A DNA stretch of 64,000 nucleotides from Eledone cirrhosa (GCA_964016885.1 OZ024742.1:94860001-94924000), one strand, 5' to 3'. Shown: positions 49,098 to 63,350, counted from the first letter of the stretch. The notes: generated by a model from the letters alone, not told the origin. Numbers and translations: made by a program.

Positions 49098-49560
49098 ATA
49101 CTTCCTGTCGAATTGAATGTCATTTACTTCCTGTCAAATATGGTGTCTTCTACTTCCTGGCTCATCTTGTGTCTACTTTCTGTTCATCGCAAGTCACCTA
49201 CTTCCTCTCACATCTCCTGTATACTTCCTGTCTCATCTGATGTGTATTTCCTGTCACATCACATCATCCATTCTCTGTCTCATCTCAGGTCTACTTTCTT
49301 TCAGATCGTGTCTACTTCCTCTCACACCATGTCTTCTCCTTCCTGTTACATCACTTCATCTATTTCCTGTTACATCACTTCATTTACTTACTGTTACACC
49401 ACATGTCATCTACTTTCTGTCATATCTCATGTCTCCAACTTCCTGTTACTTCTTGTGTATTGTACTTTTTGTCTCATCTCATATTTCCTATTTTCTGTCT
49501 TCCTATGTCCTACTTCCTGTTGCATTTTCCTGTGATTTCCACTTCCTTTCACTTGTTTTT
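49098..49560. repeat. Degenerate minisatellite rich in (T)ACTTCCTGT
   Basis: About a dozen ACTTCCT/ATTTCCTG motifs. Confidence 0.65.
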
Positions 49561-51539
49561 GTATTTTCTACTTGTGAAATTCTATTGTATTCATCTTACC
49601 TTTTTACTTGTCTTTTTCTTTGTCTCTCTATGTATTCTAATCTCTCCATCATAACTTTACAATTTATATGTCCCGACTTCTTTCTTCTATCTTCATTTTT
49701 CTTCATTGTCTTCTATTTTTATCTCTTATATATTCTGTCCCCTTCTAGTTTTTGTTTTTTGCTGCAGTAATCTTATTGTCTTTGTCTTCTCTTTATAGCA
49801 TTTGTCATTTTTTTCTTTTGTTTTCCTTATTTCATATGCCCCCTTTTGCTTCTACAATCATAGTTTTGCTCAAGTTTTCTGACTACTTTTTTATCAAAAT
49901 TATTGCTGATATACAAATTGCTTAAAAGTCACTGTTGATCAAACATTATCCTAATAAACTATGGTCTTCCATACATATCAGAATATATTCAATTTTTAAA
50001 ACTAAAATTATTTGTTTTGAAATATTGTTAAGGACAAATATGTAATAAAAATATAATTTTCAGCAGCAGTATTATCATTTCCAATTTTATTACCTATATC
50101 ATATGATGGTTATTGAGGGACAGAAAATGAAGGAAAGAGTAAAATGAGAGAAAAAGTTTATATATTTTCCTTTTTATTATTCCTGTTATGAGACTCATAT
50201 TAATAATTTGACATATTTCAATTCTATAAAATCAAATTAAATTGGAAAATATATTTGAAAATATAACAGTATTTCTTTCATCTGGTTTTACTTCTCATTC
50301 TGTTTGTTTTTATAAATATTGAAATCTTATATAGATAGATACATGGATTTTAGTTTGAAAGTATGACGATTTTGTGTCACTCATGCCATGTATCTAAGGC
50401 ATAAGCTAAATTAATTGAAATTAGCTATTTTTTCTGAAATGGCTGACAAGTAATTACACATTTTTTCACTCTCCTTATTCCCCCTTTTCTCGTTTTTCTT
50501 TTTCCTTCTCCCTCTAAAATACCCTCTTAACTCTTTATATCTACCTCCCAAAGAAGGGCTAGCATCAGAAATGTTGAAGCTCTTTTCTAATAATATTTTC
50601 AAAGCTTTATACTAATATAACCTTATTATAAAGTGTTGTTCCTTATAGTATTTTCACTTTTTTCATGTTTTGATTTATTTTTATGCTGTATAACTATCTC
50701 AAGATCTGTTTCTTTCCATAACTTAAATACTACTTCCTGCCAATCTATCTCCAGTCTAGTTTTCATTCATCTTGAACACTTCCTTCATTAGATCTCACAC
50801 CTTAGTCAAAGGAGAAGAGAAGGTATATGTGGGTCAGTTGGCATGGGTTTCCAATTTTAAGTGGGCATACTCCTATGTTTTATTGATTCCTTACTTGTAG
50901 CTACATCATGTACACAACATACAAAATATACACCAATAATCTATACATAAATCATGTTGGTGGCTGATAGGCCCAATACAAGACTAGCGGGGAATGCAAG
51001 GAAAATGTTGTTCTCGCTTTCATGCCATTGTTCTATGGTACTTTGTCAATCATTATTTTTGTTTGTATTCAATGTCAGTTTTGCATGTATCTTTGAAGGA
51101 AATAGAATGTGAATGGTGTCATAACCCTTTTTATTGCAGGCTGTAGTAAACCATAGATGTGGTGTGGCTAAATGATTAAGAAGTTTGCTTTCAATCATGA
51201 AGTCTGGGCTGGGTTTTGATTCCAATATATGACATCTTGTGTAAGTGACTTTACCACAGCCTTGAGTTGACCCAAGCCATGTGAGTGAAATTGGATGGTT
51301 AGAAACAGTTTGGAAGTCGGTTGGATGGATTGTACCTGTAATTCAAAGCCCCAAACTTATCAAAATGGTACCAAGTTGATTCAGCTTGAAAATTAAATTA
51401 TTGGCATATGTGTCTATTGAATACTGAAGCACTCACATGTTAATTAAAAACTATCATAGACAACTGACAATATTCAGTGAGACAGTAACCAGGGAATTTC
51501 TTTACTTTGCTGGACCAATGTCATAGTAACCAGTTGAAA

Positions 51540-51960
51540 CATTGCTATGCTATACAATGCTGGGTTGGTGATGAACATTTATCCTGAAAATAGGATTTTC
51601 CTAGTGCAGATGTCAATTCAACATTATTACATTGCTGGTGACTTTCACCTCTTTGAGGACTTCTGGGCTGGTAAGAACATCAAGCCAGTGGATGTTGAAG
51701 ATATTGCTGGTAGAAGTTGTATGTGGTGGTGGTATATATCACATGACTTGGTGTCATTTAAGAGGGGCATGTTTAGTACCATGAGGCTGTTCATGATCAT
51801 CTTCTTTTCTTTCCTCAGACATTTGTTGATCCAGAGTTTTTATATACAGCCTGCTAGATACAGTTACTTTTGCCAGTCTGTTGGCAATCTCTTTGTCGAT
51901 CTTGGCATTTGGTGATAGGAATACCCCAGGAAGTTGAACTGGTGATCCTATTCAGCTCCA
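51540..51960 (-). pseudogene. Decayed RTE (BovB-like) C-terminal fragment
   Basis: Manual translation LSPNAKIDKEIANRLAK...IFNIHWLDVLTSPEVL. Confidence 0.65.
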
Positions 51961-52454
51961 TCTCTTGGGGGTTGCTAATCTTCTTGAAGTATGTGCTGGA
52001 AGAAAATGATTAAATAAGTACCAATCATATACTGGATTGATTTAACGAATGAGTTCTTTGCTCCCAAATTTCTGCTCTTGTATGAAATTTATAAATCATC
52101 ACAATTATTATTAATATTATTATTATTGGCCAAGTTGTTAGTGTCGGACAACATGCTTTGCAGCATAGTTAAGGCCCTTTACATTCTGAATTCAAATCCT
52201 GCCAAGATTAGCTTTGCTTTTTATCCTTATGCATTAAAGAAGTCTGTTTTGAACCCAGAGTCTCATTATGCCAGTGCTTATCACAGGATTCCAGTCCTTA
52301 TCATAAGATTCCAGTCCATTGCAGGGTTAGACCCCCACCTACTGTTGGAAATTATTTTCAGCTGAGTATATTATAATACACTGGGGTTGATTTAAATGAC
52401 TTTCCCTTCCCCCAAAGTCACTGGCCTTGTGCCTAAATCAGAAACCATTATTAA

Positions 52455-52670
52455 GGTTAGTGGATTGGCAGCATCGGTAGAGTGTCACACCACATACTTT
52501 GTAGCATGTAGTTATGTCCCTTTACGTTCTGAGTTCAAATTCCGCCAAGATTTGCTTTGCCTTTCATTCCTATGGGGGTGATAAAATAAAGTACCAGTAA
52601 TGCACTAGGGTTTCCCCTACCCAAAATTGCTAGCCTTGTGCCTAAACCAGAAATCATTATTATTATTATT
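52455..52670 (+). mobile_element. tRNA-derived SINE with (ATT)n tail
   Basis: SINE consensus. Confidence 0.8.
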
Positions 52671-53087
52671 GATACTGAAGTTGGTTGCTTGGCAAAAATA
52701 GTAGTGTGCAGTAGAAAATGTCTTACTTCCTTTGAAACTTCTATTTCCCAAATCTTGCTAGACCAGAACTAACATTCACCTTTCATATTTCACAGTCCCT
52801 GAAATAAGTACTAGTGATGTATTTGGGGTGTCAAATCAACTGACTACCTATGCAACTTGTGCTATTGTGAGAAATATTTTATACTACTTTTTTGGTCTGG
52901 TGTTGTTGTTGCTGATATTTTTGTTGTCTTCTGTTGAACTAGACATTGTTTGACAGAGAGACAAACAGAAAAATTAATAAAAACATATGTCATGTTTACA
53001 GATTTTCGTTTGATTCTGTCAATATTTTCTATCACCAAAATATGATGGTTGTTCATAGGAATTCTTTGTTTTTCTATAAGTTTCCCT

Positions 53088-53126
<39 letters not shown>

Positions 53127-53627
53127 ATATAGACACACGTACACACAATATAATCATATATCTTTGTATTTAAATAGTTTCCTACTGAGGATGTTGCTAT
53201 TACAAAACATTGCAAATCAAAAAGATACACATGAGGAAGAAACATACACATCATATATGGAAAACACATACAAACACCAATTGGAGAAGCACACACACAC
53301 ACAAACACACAAACTCTGGAGAGAGATATACACACACTCATTGAGAAACACACACAATGGATGATTGTCTTTAGTTCTCAGTATGAGAATATTAAGGTGT
53401 CATATATGCTTAAAGGAGTATGTATATATATATATGTCAACATATCACATACATATTAATTATTCATATAAATCCTCAATGAGGAAAGTAAAATTCCATC
53501 CCTGATACCTAACAGTTTTGGGTTTTTACCTCCCTGTATAGCGATTCTGCTTCATCCCATGCATAGAGTAGTCTCTTGATTTGTGGTCTCCACAGACATG
53601 GTACTGCAGCTTATATATATATATGTG

Positions 53628-54065
53628 TGAAGGCGCATGGCTTAGTGGTTAGAGCATTGGGCTTGCAATCAAAAGGTTGTGAGTACAATTCCTGGACTGG
53701 GTGATGTGTTGTTTCCTTGAGCAAGACACTTTATTTCACATTGCTCCAGTTTACTCAGCTGTAGAAATGAGATGATAGGACTGAGGTACCTATCTTTCCA
53801 CTACAATGTGGACGTGGAGGTGCCACGGCAAAAAAGCCCCAGAGCCCACACTGTAAAGCGGGCATGTAGGCGCCACAGAAAAAAAGCACCCAGCATTCAC
53901 TGTAAATGAGGTTGGTGTTAGGAAGGGCATCTAACTGTAGAAATAAAGCCAGAATCAGTTCCCGTATGAGCAAGACAAAGTCAGCCGACCAGACACTGCC
54001 AACAACAGGACAACCTGTCTAACCCATGCTAGCATGGAAGAACGGACGTAAATGGTGATGATGAT
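53628..54065 (+). mobile_element. tRNA/CORE-like SINE head joined to RTE 3' UTR with (ATG)n tail
   Basis: TGGCTTAGTGGTTAGAGC A-box, CCTTGAGCAAGACACTT, then ~53790-54065 homologous to the RTE 3' UTR. Confidence 0.8.
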
Positions 54066-54405
54066 ATATATATATATATATATATATATCATCATTGATA
54101 CGTCCACTTTTCTCTATATATATAAAGACCAGTTACTACAATGGCACCATACCAGTATTGTACATTTTTTTGCATTGGAGAACCAACTTATTCAATGTGG
54201 GCTGATGGAAATAAACTGGAATATATATATATGTGCGTGTATATATATATATATGTATGTATATATGTAAGTATATATTACGAAGAGTTGTGTCATGACT
54301 CTTTATAATATAGCAATAGTCTACTACCTCAAGATTCAAGTACTCTGTTGAGTAATGGTCTAACTAGTTTCAAACAGGTTCTATCCTGATTTATGTATGT
54401 ATATA

Positions 54406-54452
<47 letters not shown>

Positions 54453-55259
54453 TTGTGGTAATGTTTCAGTTTTGGCAAGGATATGACAACTACCCTAGTG
54501 CCGCTGTCATGACAAAATGTATCTTTAAAGTGTAGGGACAAACATTAGCGAGATGCAGACACCAACTCATTTTTGTTTGATTTAGTTAATCCTTATTTAC
54601 TGATGTCTAACTTTCATTGATACAGTTATAATCTTGATGACGCAACCCTTTTGTAACTATATTTCTAATGAAGGATAATGTTTGAAAATATTGAAGAATT
54701 TGGACAGATTTAGTAATATAACTTTAACTGGTGTTTGGAATAGATATATCTATATTTTGTATACAGCAATTAAAAGCATCTGGCAGTGAAACATTGTCTC
54801 CTGTATATGTCTGAAGTTTATCATTAGGCCCATAAGGTTAGCTACCTGCTTCAGCAGGAAAAATAGTCTTAGGACTCTTCATATTATATACTATGGAGCT
54901 TCGTTGGTTTTGACACTGAATATTCCAGTTATTCAGTCAATGAAACAACATATGACTGAACAGTAAACACATAGGAGCGCCATTAGTGTTATTCTCAGGG
55001 AGATTTGCATGGCACAATGTGTGTAAAGGCTAGCTCTTTTGTCGAAAGATAAAATGTATTGCCAAGAATCAAACTCAAAACCATATGATTATGAGCAAAA
55101 CACTCTACCCACTAAGCCATACACCTGTTGTTTTATAACAAACATTTATAAACATACATGCATCTAGAATCCCCATCAGTCTAACATTTCTTCTGGTTAA
55201 TTGGCATTGAGTGACTGAGAGTACAAGTTGTACTTTAGATGGTAACACTACAGAAGCCC

Positions 55260-55475
55260 ATGGTAGTATTTGTAGAGGATCGGATGCCAGGCTTCACAGC
55301 ATAGAGTTACGACCCTTTATGGTCTGAGTTCAAATTCTGGTGAGGTTAACTTTACCTATCGTCCTTACGTAGTCGATAAGATAAAGTATCAGTCATGCAC
55401 TGGGGACAATTTAATCGGCTCTCCCTGCCCACAGAAATTGATGGTTTGTGCTTAAATCAGAAATTATTATTATTA
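55260..55475 (+). mobile_element. tRNA-derived SINE (diverged)
   Basis: SINE consensus. Confidence 0.78.
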
Positions 55476-55621
55476 TGTATCATCATCATGATCGTTTAAC
55501 GTCCATCTTCCATGCTAGCATGGGTTAGAGGGTTTTGTTCCATTTGATGCGGGGATGGTCGGGCGACCGTGTCTCACTCGTACAGAAGTGTGTGTATATA
55601 TATATATATACACACGCACAC

Positions 55622-55657
<36 letters not shown>

Positions 55658-55810
55658 GGTGGATTCCCAGTAGATATTGGTAGGTTATTACAGTTAAAAA
55701 AGTTACTCAATATATTAGTAGAATATTGGCATTTTTTATGAAATCATCTGATGATTTCATATGAATGAAACACTCTAGTCCTGTAGAAATCATTTCTATA
55801 TGAATATATA

Positions 55811-56783
55811 TCATCATCATCATCATCATTTTACGTCCACTTTTCCCTGCTTGCAAGGGTGGGATGGGTCCTATTCTGCACAGCATCTCTCCACTTGTCA
55901 TCTTCCTTCGTCATGTCTACCGTGAGCTTCAGCGATCTGAGGTCTGCTGTCACCACCTCCACCCATGTTTTCCATGGTCTTCCTCTACTGCGTCTTCCTT
56001 CAACTGGCATTTCTTGGCACTTCCTTAACCAGCGGTCATCCGCTATGCGTATCACATGTCCATACCATCGCAGTCATCTCTCCCGCACACTACAAGCTAT
56101 CCCTCATAAACACACTTTTTCTCTCAACATATCCATGCTCTGACGTTCTTGCACATTGACATTACACATCCAATGGAGCATGCGTGCCTCTTTTCTCTCC
56201 AGCCATCGCATATCCTCTGCAGTTGCTGCCCATGTCTCACTACCATGCAGCATCACGCACCTCACACAGGCATCATATAACTAGCCTTTCGTACGCAGGG
56301 AGAAACCCTTCTTTGTCAGCAGAGGAAGTAGCTCCCCAAACTTCTTCCAACCCATCCTTATTCTAGGTACTATGGCCACGGAACCCCCATCCCATGCTAA
56401 TCTGATCACCTAGGGACCGGAAGCTATCAACCACTTCTAAAGAACCCACCTGCATTTGAAAAATGTGTCTATCAATGCGACTTCTACTGTCAAATTTCCC
56501 TGTACATCTACTACATATGTATTTTCCCCTACCTGTTAGTTTGCCTGCTATCCCACTACATCTGTTGTGTACCCAAGATCTACATTGTGTGCATTTTTTA
56601 GAATTTATGCCAGTTCATTTTTTGCATATTGAACATAGCCATTTCCCAGACGGAATCAGAGTTTTGTCCTCTTTTCTACTTATCAAGACTTTTGTCTTAG
56701 CTAGGTTCACTCTCAGTCCTTTTAATTGCAACTTCTGTTTCCATAGCCAGAATTTATTCTGTAGCTCCTCTACTGATTCTGCT
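55811..56783 (-). mobile_element. 5'-truncated RTE LINE of a second subfamily (short 3' UTR)
   Basis: GLRVNLAKTKVL...SGKWLCSICKK and GRPWKTW ORF remnants; (CAT)n tail. Confidence 0.88.
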
Positions 56784-57374
56784 GGGTTCTTGCTATGGCT
56801 GCTTGATGTCCTTCCTAACATCAACCCCATTTACAGTGTGGAAATGTGTGTTCCCATAAGGGGAGGTTCTTACCATTTGGCTGCACTTGAACTTGCTCTT
56901 ATGAGACCGTGTTTTGGCTGGATTTGTACAGCTGCTACAATGCTCTGCCTAACGCTAACCATGTTACCAATGTGGGACTGGGTGGTCTCACTTATGAGGT
57001 CAGTTGGCCACATCATACCTTACCCATACAGGGTCACGTTTCATCTGGGTTTTTATGACTGCTCAATGTCCTTCAGTGCCAAACAGATTTACAGTTTGGA
57101 ACTGGGTGTTCTTGTTACGAGGTTGGTCTGGCCAGTTGGCTGCACTGTACCTGCTCATAGTAGAACTGTGGAACTGGGTGGTCCTGTTATGAGGTAGGTT
57201 TGGCTGGTTGGCTGTGCTGTGACCTGTGTTGCTCATAGTGGGACCGTGTTTTTGGCTGGGATTTCATGACTGTCAGATGCCCTTCCTAAGCACAAGCCAT
57301 ATTTACAGGGTGGGTTAGACTGGGTTTTCAACTCAGATCTTCTGTCATATGTCATAGCACCAGAAGTTTCAGTC

Positions 57375-58150
57375 CTGTGTCATCTCCGTCAAAACATTCA
57401 GCTGTGCCTGGTCAGCCTTTATCGTTTCATTCCACATCTTCCTCTTCTAAGGCACCCTATAGCCTTGAGCACCCTGCACCTTCATGCATATCAAAATATT
57501 CATTCCATTGCAGTTTTCTCTCCATGGTATTTGAACCCTCTTATGCTCAGTTTTGCTCTCAGTTCATTTACATTGTGCTGCTAATGCACACATCTACACA
57601 TCCACTGGAGCATTTCTTTCCAATCTACATAGATCCTCGGCACACAGTGCCCAGCTTTTCTTCCATATAGCATTGTTGTTTGCACATAATAACCATCACA
57701 TTGTCACTTGACATATCTGTTGAAGGTGCCTGCAATAATAGTGAGGTCACCATTTCTGGTTTGTCATGTTGCATTTATTAGGGATTCGTAGAACAAATCT
57801 CTTTATTCATCTGGCAGTCTGCATTAAGGTGCATAGACCAACATGATTGATACTGTTGTTCTATTTAGGATGAGCCTAGGTGTAATGATTCTGTCATTTA
57901 TTCTATTTACTGCAATTACCTTGTCCACCCCTTTTCTACTAGTATAATACCTATTCTTGCTAGTCTGCTGTCATTACCTTTCCAGAAAAATTTAAAACAT
58001 TGTTTTCTGCCAACCAGGAATCTAGAAGATTCTGCCTGGTCACTTATATACAGCATACATCAACTTTCTGTCACTTAAGCATCTCCACAATCTCACTTGA
58101 CCTACCTTTCAGTGTCTCTACATAGATATGTGTAGCTCTGAAGTCTCAGA
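57375..58150 (-). pseudogene. Internally deleted RTE APE/5' remnant
   Basis: Nucleotide similarity to 20430-20760 (TTCCAGAAAAATTT, CAGCATACATCAACT, TCTCCACAATCTC). Confidence 0.65.
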
Positions 58151-59416
58151 TAGGGGGTGCTGTGTACCCAGCAGGTAGAAGTTGACTTGGTGCGTGCATT
58201 TTGTGTCTGAAAAGAAGGAGAGAGTTTGCATGGTCGCCCAAAGCTTGCTGTTTGCATCATGACCTTATGTATATTATGAATATTTCTTTTCAGCCAGTTG
58301 TTGTTGGAGATGGTGGAGGGGTTCTTAGCGGTGCAGGTCTTAGTGGTAAATATTAGTGGTGCAGGTATCAGTGGATTTTAGGTTTGTAGGTTATGGTGGT
58401 GAATGGGAATATATACACACACAAAGATGCACACACTCACACACATACATGACAAGAAACACCCAGCCCACATTGTAAGGTGGGACATGTAGAAGTCATG
58501 ATAAAAGCACCGTGCTTAAACTGAAAAGTGGTCATGTAGGTGTCACAACAAAAAGCACCCAGTTCAAACAGTAAATATGGTTGGTATTAGGAAGGGCATC
58601 CAGCCATAGAAACCAAGTCAAAATCTGTTCAGTGTGAGCAAAGCGCGGTCCTCCAGCTTGGATTACACACAACAGGACAGCATGTCCTATCCCAGCTAGG
58701 ATGGAAGATGGATGTTAAACGATGATGGCGATGGTTATATATATATACACACACACATATGCATATGAATACAGAAATAAGCTATGTTTAAAATCAATAA
58801 TTTAATAAAAAGCACTTAGACATGCAGACAGGAACGATGACAATACAAAAAAAAAAAAATAACAAAAAGACCCAACAATTTGATAAATTCTTGATCCACT
58901 GTGAAGAAGCAAGGAAATAGGAAATTGTGATAGTGATTCCTTTCCCAATGATATTATTAATAATTTAACCAGGAGGAAATGGATACAATATTTATTTTTG
59001 TTTTAATTTAACAATATCATTGTTCTATAATAGTAATGGCTTTCATATTTTTTATATTTGTGATATGTATTTTATATAAAATGTGAACAGCATACCACAC
59101 TATGTTACTAGTAGTTATTTTATCAATAAGGCTACCTAGTTTTGTAAGGATAGTGAAACTGTCCCATTTGTGTTTGAAACTAAAACAATGACAAGCATTT
59201 TAACCCATTTGTTATTACATTTCTAATGAAAGAAACTGCTAATGATTTTCAAATAATTTTGAAAATAATAAAAAAATGTTGAGAGATTTATTAATATACT
59301 AGGTCACCCATGACCTGTCAGGTCACATTCACTAAAAAATAATTCTTAAATAATCAAAATATACACAGACATGTATATAGTATAAAATGAAATTGGAAGG
59401 CCCATATATATATATA

Positions 59417-59463
<47 letters not shown>

Positions 59464-59469
59464 CAGATA

Positions 59470-61953
59470 TATTTTATCCTCATCAGAGGACGTGACAGAT
59501 GGACGGTCGAAAACACAAAAGCCTACCCTAGGGAGGAATGTACCTCCCAACATAGCTTAGTTGTCAGCGACCTCATGGTCAGAACTAGACGAACCTGGAA
59601 ACAGAGGCCAGCCTGGAGAAGAAAGATCTGGAAGCTGAAAGACCCCTCAGCCAGTAACAGATTTAATGATATTTTACTCAACGCCTACGACAGTAAAGAA
59701 GAACAGATACAGACATTCAATGTAGAAGAGCACTGGGAGTTCCTAAAAAATAACTTACTAGAGGCGACAGATGAGATCTGTGGCTGGAATAAGACCACAA
59801 GCAGGAGGAGAGTGACTTGGTGGTGGAACAATAAGGTAGATGAGGCAGTTAAGGCCAAGAGACAGGCATGGAAAGAATGGAAGAACGGGGGGAGCAGGAT
59901 ACATTACATAGAGACCAAGAGGGAAGCTAGGCGGCAAGTATACTTAGCTAGGAGGGAAGTAGAGGATAGAAAATTCAAGCATGTTTTGCAACGTGAGGAC
60001 CAGAAACAGGAAGTGTTCAAGATTGCGAGGCAGTGTGTCAGAGAATTGTGATGTCACAGATATGAAGATGGGGAAGGCAACTGGTCCATCGGGTATAGCT
60101 GCCGAGATGCTGAAGGCATCTGAGTTTGTAGGTCACACTATAACCACACGTATTGTTAACCAGGTAATACTAGAAGGTGTCATACCAAAAAATCGGTGCA
60201 GTAGCATCATTGTCAACTGCTACAAAGGTAAAGGTGATGCACTAGATAGAGGAAACTATAGAGGTATAAAGCTGATGGACCAGGTCATGAAAGTAACAGA
60301 AAGAGTTATAGCACAGTTGATTAGGGACCTGGTGAAACTAGATGAGATACAATTTGGGTTTGTACGAGGAAGAGGCACCACTGATGCCCTCTTCCTTGTG
60401 AGGCAGTTACAGGAAAAGTACCTAGCTAAAAGTAAGCCACTCTACTTTGACAGCGTTCCACATGCTGTAATCTGGTGGGCTCTTAGAAAACTAGGAGTAG
60501 ATGAATGGCTTGTGAAAGCTGTACACGCCATGTAGAGGGGAGCAGTCAGCAAAGTTAGGATTAGTAATGAGTATAGCGAGGAATTTAGCGTACAGGTTGG
60601 TGTCCACCAGGGCTCTGTTCTTAGCCCTCTCCTGTTCATCATAGTCCTGCAGGCAATAACGGAGGAGTTTAAGACCAGATGCCCATGGGAACTCCTGTAT
60701 GCTGAAGACCTTGCACTTATAGCTGAATCTATGGTAGAACTAGAGAAGAAATTCCAAACTTGGAAGCAGGGACTAGAAAGAAAGGGTCTCAAAGTCAACC
60801 TGACAAAGACTAAGGTCCTTGTAAGTAGACGAGAAAACAGAACCCTTCAGGGAAATGGCCTTGCTCACTATGTAGGAAAGGTGTAGGTAGGAACTCCATT
60901 CTCTGCCCCGAATGCAAACAATGGGTACACAAGTGATGTAGCGGGATCTCAGGAAGCTTAATTAAGAATGTAGGCTTCACATGTAGCAGCTGTGTTAGGA
61001 CAGCAAGCAGCAAACAGCCACAGGAAACAAGTACCCACCAATCTCTGGGAGGGCTCTGGAGAAACAGTAGACAGCTTCTGCTACCTAGGTGACCGAATTA
61101 GCAGCGGAGGTGGGTGTCCAGAAAGTACAATAACTAGGGTAAGAACGGGATGGAAGAAGTTCAGGGATCTACTGCCACTGCTAGCTGCAAAAGGCTTCTC
61201 CCTCAAAATGAAAGGCAGACTGTATGATGCGTGTATCCGAACAACAATGTTACATGGTAGTGAGATCTGGGTGCTGAAGGTGGAAGACTTACGTAGATTA
61301 GAAAGAAACGAAGCCTGCATGCTCCGATGGATGTGTAATAGTAATATACGTGAACGACAAAGCATAAATGAATTGAGAGAGAGACAGAGCATAAGAGGAA
61401 TCAAATGCTGTGTGCAGGAGAGGTGGTTGTGTTGGTATGGATATGTGATACGGATGACAGCTGCATAAAAAGGTGCAGAGCACTAGAAGTCAATGGAAAC
61501 CGCAGAGTGGGGAGACCCAAGAAGACCTGGGATGAGGTGATAAAAGCCGACCTTACCCAATTACACCTCTCAAAGGCGATGACACACGACGTGACCTCTG
61601 GCGTCACGCAGTAATACAGATTACCCGACCTCCCATGGGTACAAGCTGAAGCATATAGACAATATGCCCCCATACCCTCCCACTGCAAGGTGGTCGTGGA
61701 GGTGCCACGGCAAAAAAGCACCCAGCCCACACTGTAAAGTGGACGTGTAGGCGCCACGGAAAAAGCACCCAGCACTCACTGTAAATGAGGCTGGTGTTAG
61801 GAAGGGCATCGAGCTGTAGAAATCAAGCCAAAATCAGTTCCTGTATGAGCAAGGCATGGTCAGCCGACCAGACACTGCCCACAACAGGACAACCTGTCTA
61901 ACCCATGTTAGCATGGAAGAACGGACGTAAAATGGTGATGATGATGATGATGA
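59470..61953 (+). mobile_element. 5'-truncated, internally deleted RTE copy of the 17420-22607 family
   Basis: ORF pieces 59416-60051, 59981-60535 and 60992-61468 highly similar to the intact ORF; YADD mutated to YAED; 3' UTR and (ATG)n tail. Confidence 0.95.
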
Positions 61954-61988
61954 TATGTGTGTGTGTTTGTATATATACATATATATAT

Positions 61989-62082
<94 letters not shown>

Positions 62083-63111
62083 AAAAGAAATCGAAAATGC
62101 AACTGGAGTCTTTTTAAGAATATTTATTTGTTTCCTTTACCGGTTTCACAGTTCTTATGCTTTTCAAAAGTAGAATTGAGATGGAGGGTTTGTGGTTTAT
62201 ACACAACACTACCACCAGTTCTCTCTCTCTCTCTCTCTTCCATTTTCCTTCTTTATCTCCCTCACAACCACTATCTCCTTATATTTATGAAGCTACCTTA
62301 TGAAGGTATCTCCTGAACTTGTGATCCGATTTATGTGAAACTTGTTTTACTCCATTTGTATTCCAATTTCAAGGACAACTTCCTTTCAAAGTATTTTCTC
62401 ATTATGCCCTGTTTTGGCTGTATTGAATTACAGACAAGCACACAATCACAGGGTTTTAGTATTATGCAGATAGATATAAATACTTTTTTTTAGGTGATGT
62501 TTGGAATATAATTTAATGGAGATTCTTACATTATGATGGAAGGTTTTTAGATAGATATAAAACATTTTTGTACTGTAGAACCAGGGGTACTTTCAGGTGG
62601 TTTGGTATCAAAAGGTTTATGGACATTTTCCCTCCTGAAGCAGGATTTAACCTTCTTTGCCCCATGATAAGCTACATTTTCATTATAGGTTCCCATTTAT
62701 TTTACTGCCAGATATAATTCCTCGTCTAAATGCTTTTAGTCACCTCTTAAATGTTGGGACAGTGTAACTATTCTAAACCTGATTCACACAGAGGGACATT
62801 TTAAATTCATTGGTGCTCAAAATAATTACTTTATATGGTTCTGCCCTTTATGATGATAATATAATTCATAAAGATAAGGGTGGTGGATTTGCAGGATTGA
62901 TAAAACAATGAACAAAATAGCTCACAATATATTGTTTTAGTGGTATAATTTATGAGTATATTTTAATTGGGGAGAGAAGGACATCAACCAAGGATCTATT
63001 TATTCCAATACCTGTGTGTTTAGATAAGTGGTACTAAATCGAAACCATTTAATGTTAGTCAGATTCTGCCAAAGGTACGTACTGTCACTTTTCCTGTTCA
63101 TTATTTTCATA

Positions 63112-63350
63112 GGGTTACCTTTGCCTTTCATCCTTACGGGGTCGATAAAATAAAGTACCAGTAATGCATTGGGTAATTGCTGGCCTTGTGCCTAAAGTAG
63201 AAACAATTATTTTCATAGGGTTACGGTCCTTGCCATTCTGAGTTCAAATCCTGCCGAGGTTAACTTTGCCTTTCATCCTTATGGGGTCGATAAAATAAAG
63301 TACCAGTAATACACTGGGTAATTACTGCCAAAAGTAGAAACAATTATTTT
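63112..63350 (+). mobile_element. Two tandem truncated SINE copies
   Basis: SINE 3' halves separated and flanked by ATTATTTTCAT. Confidence 0.9.

Noticed and set aside
55745-55785. CTGATGA-TTTCATATGAAT-GAAAC-ACTCTA-GTC
   Set aside because: Core present but the first pairs of stems I and II mismatch, and an overlapping palindrome explains part of it; weak
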